Shown here one piece after another: positions 62,449-64,000 of a stretch of DNA of 64,000 nucleotides. The DNA is from Styela clava (taxonomy: Eukaryota). Made by a program: the position numbers and the translations under genes. The notes beneath the pieces were generated by a model. That model searched no databases and was not told the DNA's origin. It was given only the letters and a program-made list of their open reading frames with translations. Position 1 is the first letter of the stretch. Each line of letters opens with the position of its first letter. Location of the stretch: positions 15,996,001-16,060,000 of the forward strand of contig NC_135251.1 in NCBI RefSeq assembly GCF_964204865.1, written 5' to 3'.

Positions 62449-63441
62449 GTCACAAGACATACATATTTCAATAAATCATAAAAAAATTGCATTTCAGGGC
62501 GGAGGAAGACCCGACAATGGTTATCAAACAGCGTCACCCTTAAATAAGCCTAACAGAAAATGATAATAAAAAAATCGAAGTTCATATAATAATTGGGTAC
62601 TAGATTAATTCTTGCCAATAAGTTTATATCGATTTTTTTTTAATCTGTCCCCGAAATACTTCCTGCACAAATTTTCCTTCTTGCCGCGTTGGCGACCTCT
62701 GAAGGCGAGATAATCGTTCAGCGCAGTAGAGGATTATGCAACTGTCTTGTTCTCGACATGACAACCCACTCGCCACTGGTTTTCATCGCCAGTTGTCAAA
62801 AGTATCGCCTTTGCTATGCAGTTAGTAGCGATATGTCTTGCACAAGTAGTAAGTATACTGATAATGACTTGTAGCGATCTGTTAGGGTGTAGAGCCCAAA
62901 CAGTGCAAAGATGTTTGGCTGCGCTAAGAATTCGTAACGCTCACCTTCTTGATCAGCTATCAAAGAGGCTTCTTCGCCGATGCTCGGAGCTGCTGACTAA
63001 TCACGTCTGAATTTGCCCTTATTTCATCTTCGAGCTGTATAATCAGCTGACGCAGTGCGTGCTCAATGTATTTTAAACATACCTTATCTCCCAACTGTAG
63101 CTGTTGGAGTGGAGCGTGGACAAGAAATCCTCTGATAAGAATTCTTCGTAAAATTTTCCAGTCTAATACTCGTCTTTCAATACCTTCTCGAAACTGTCCA
63201 GCGTGACTTTTGTACTGGCTTTCCTATGTGTCTTACTTGGGTTTGCTTGATAAGATACATCTGCTTTCTCCCCCCTTTTAAACCAATTCAGCACCATTTT
63301 TACGGATTCATTAATTAGGATCACATAATACTTGGTTTTATTTCTTGGTTTTTCTTCGGGATTGGTATTGTCGGTTTATGGGGACACTATGGATCAGCAG
63401 CCTTGTTCCTAACTAGTTTTTATTGGGTTAGTTTTGGAAAC

Positions 63442-63658
63442 GGTGACCGTACATTTGCACCCACATACATATGAACCCTTACATTTGCACCGGTATATAC
63501 GCGGGTTCAATCTATATGCGGGTGCTAAAATCCATGGGTTAGGGTTAGTATGAATTCATATATCCGTAAAATTTCATGGGTGCAATAGTATGCAGGTGCA
63601 ATTGTCGTGGGTTCAAATTACGGGTGCAAATGTACATGGGTGCAAATGTAACGGAACC
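63442..63658. mobile_element. MITE, 9-bp TSD family, copy 3
   Basis: TSD tttggaaac. Confidence 0.85.
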
Positions 63659-63804
63659 TTTGGAAACAACTAAGACTACTTGCAGTTTGCGTCTCCTCGC
63701 GAGGTAGTCTATTCGCGGCGACCATTGTGACGTGTGTTGTTGTGCTAGTTTCTTTCGGCAATCTTGTATACACTAGGCGGCGACGATCTGATTTCTTTTG
63801 GTCA

Positions 63805-63935
63805 GCTGTTCATTTTTTCGAGAATGAAGAGTCGCTTACAACGCGTGCGGTTGCATTTTGTCAAAATCGCTGTTCATTTTTTCGAGAATGAAGAGTCGCT
63901 TACAACGCGTGCGGTTGCATTTTGTCAAAATCGCT
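63805..63935. repeat. Two tandem 64-bp copies
   Basis: gctgttcattttttcgagaatgaagagtcgcttacaacgcgtgcggttgcattttgtcaaaatc at 63805 and 63869. Confidence 0.9.
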
Positions 63936-64000
63936 GAATGTTTTCGTGAGCGTGTTAGTTAATCCGTAAACACGTTTACGTATTTATTCCCTCTAAATAA

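Overview
AT-rich eukaryotic (animal) DNA. It looks like a compact invertebrate genome, possibly an ascidian; the organism is an inference. Five zones. (1) 1-9970: a tandem tRNA-Lys(UUU) array with about 10 full-length genes, about 15 homogenised pseudo-tRNAs and 5'-fragment units, a 1574-bp higher-order repeat and a strand inversion near 4925. (2) 8924-17770: a stack of L1/Tx1-type non-LTR retroelements at the edge of the array. One is an ORF1-only element inserted in the tRNA-Lys anticodon arm (15-bp TSD, A44 tail); next to it is a related ORF1+ORF2 element. Both end, immediately before poly(A), in a canonical box C/D (snoRNA-like) motif with additional internal kink-turns, and both have GTGAGTGCC right after the ORF1 stop. 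This is the main candidate for an undescribed system. (3) 18200-39700: a cluster of 7 intronless bHLH genes (3 intact, 4 pseudogenes) built by inverted duplications, including a roughly 10-kb palindrome. The proteins end in a DSAYGS motif and CSKL/CLLL. (4) 42477-50762 (+): a 13-exon chimeric gene with a STIP1/HOP-derived DP1-TPR2A module. (5) 52726-59754 (-): a 10-exon SLC17 (sialin-like) transporter. Many MITEs with clear TSDs, a SINE and a Penelope-type minimal hammerhead are interspersed.
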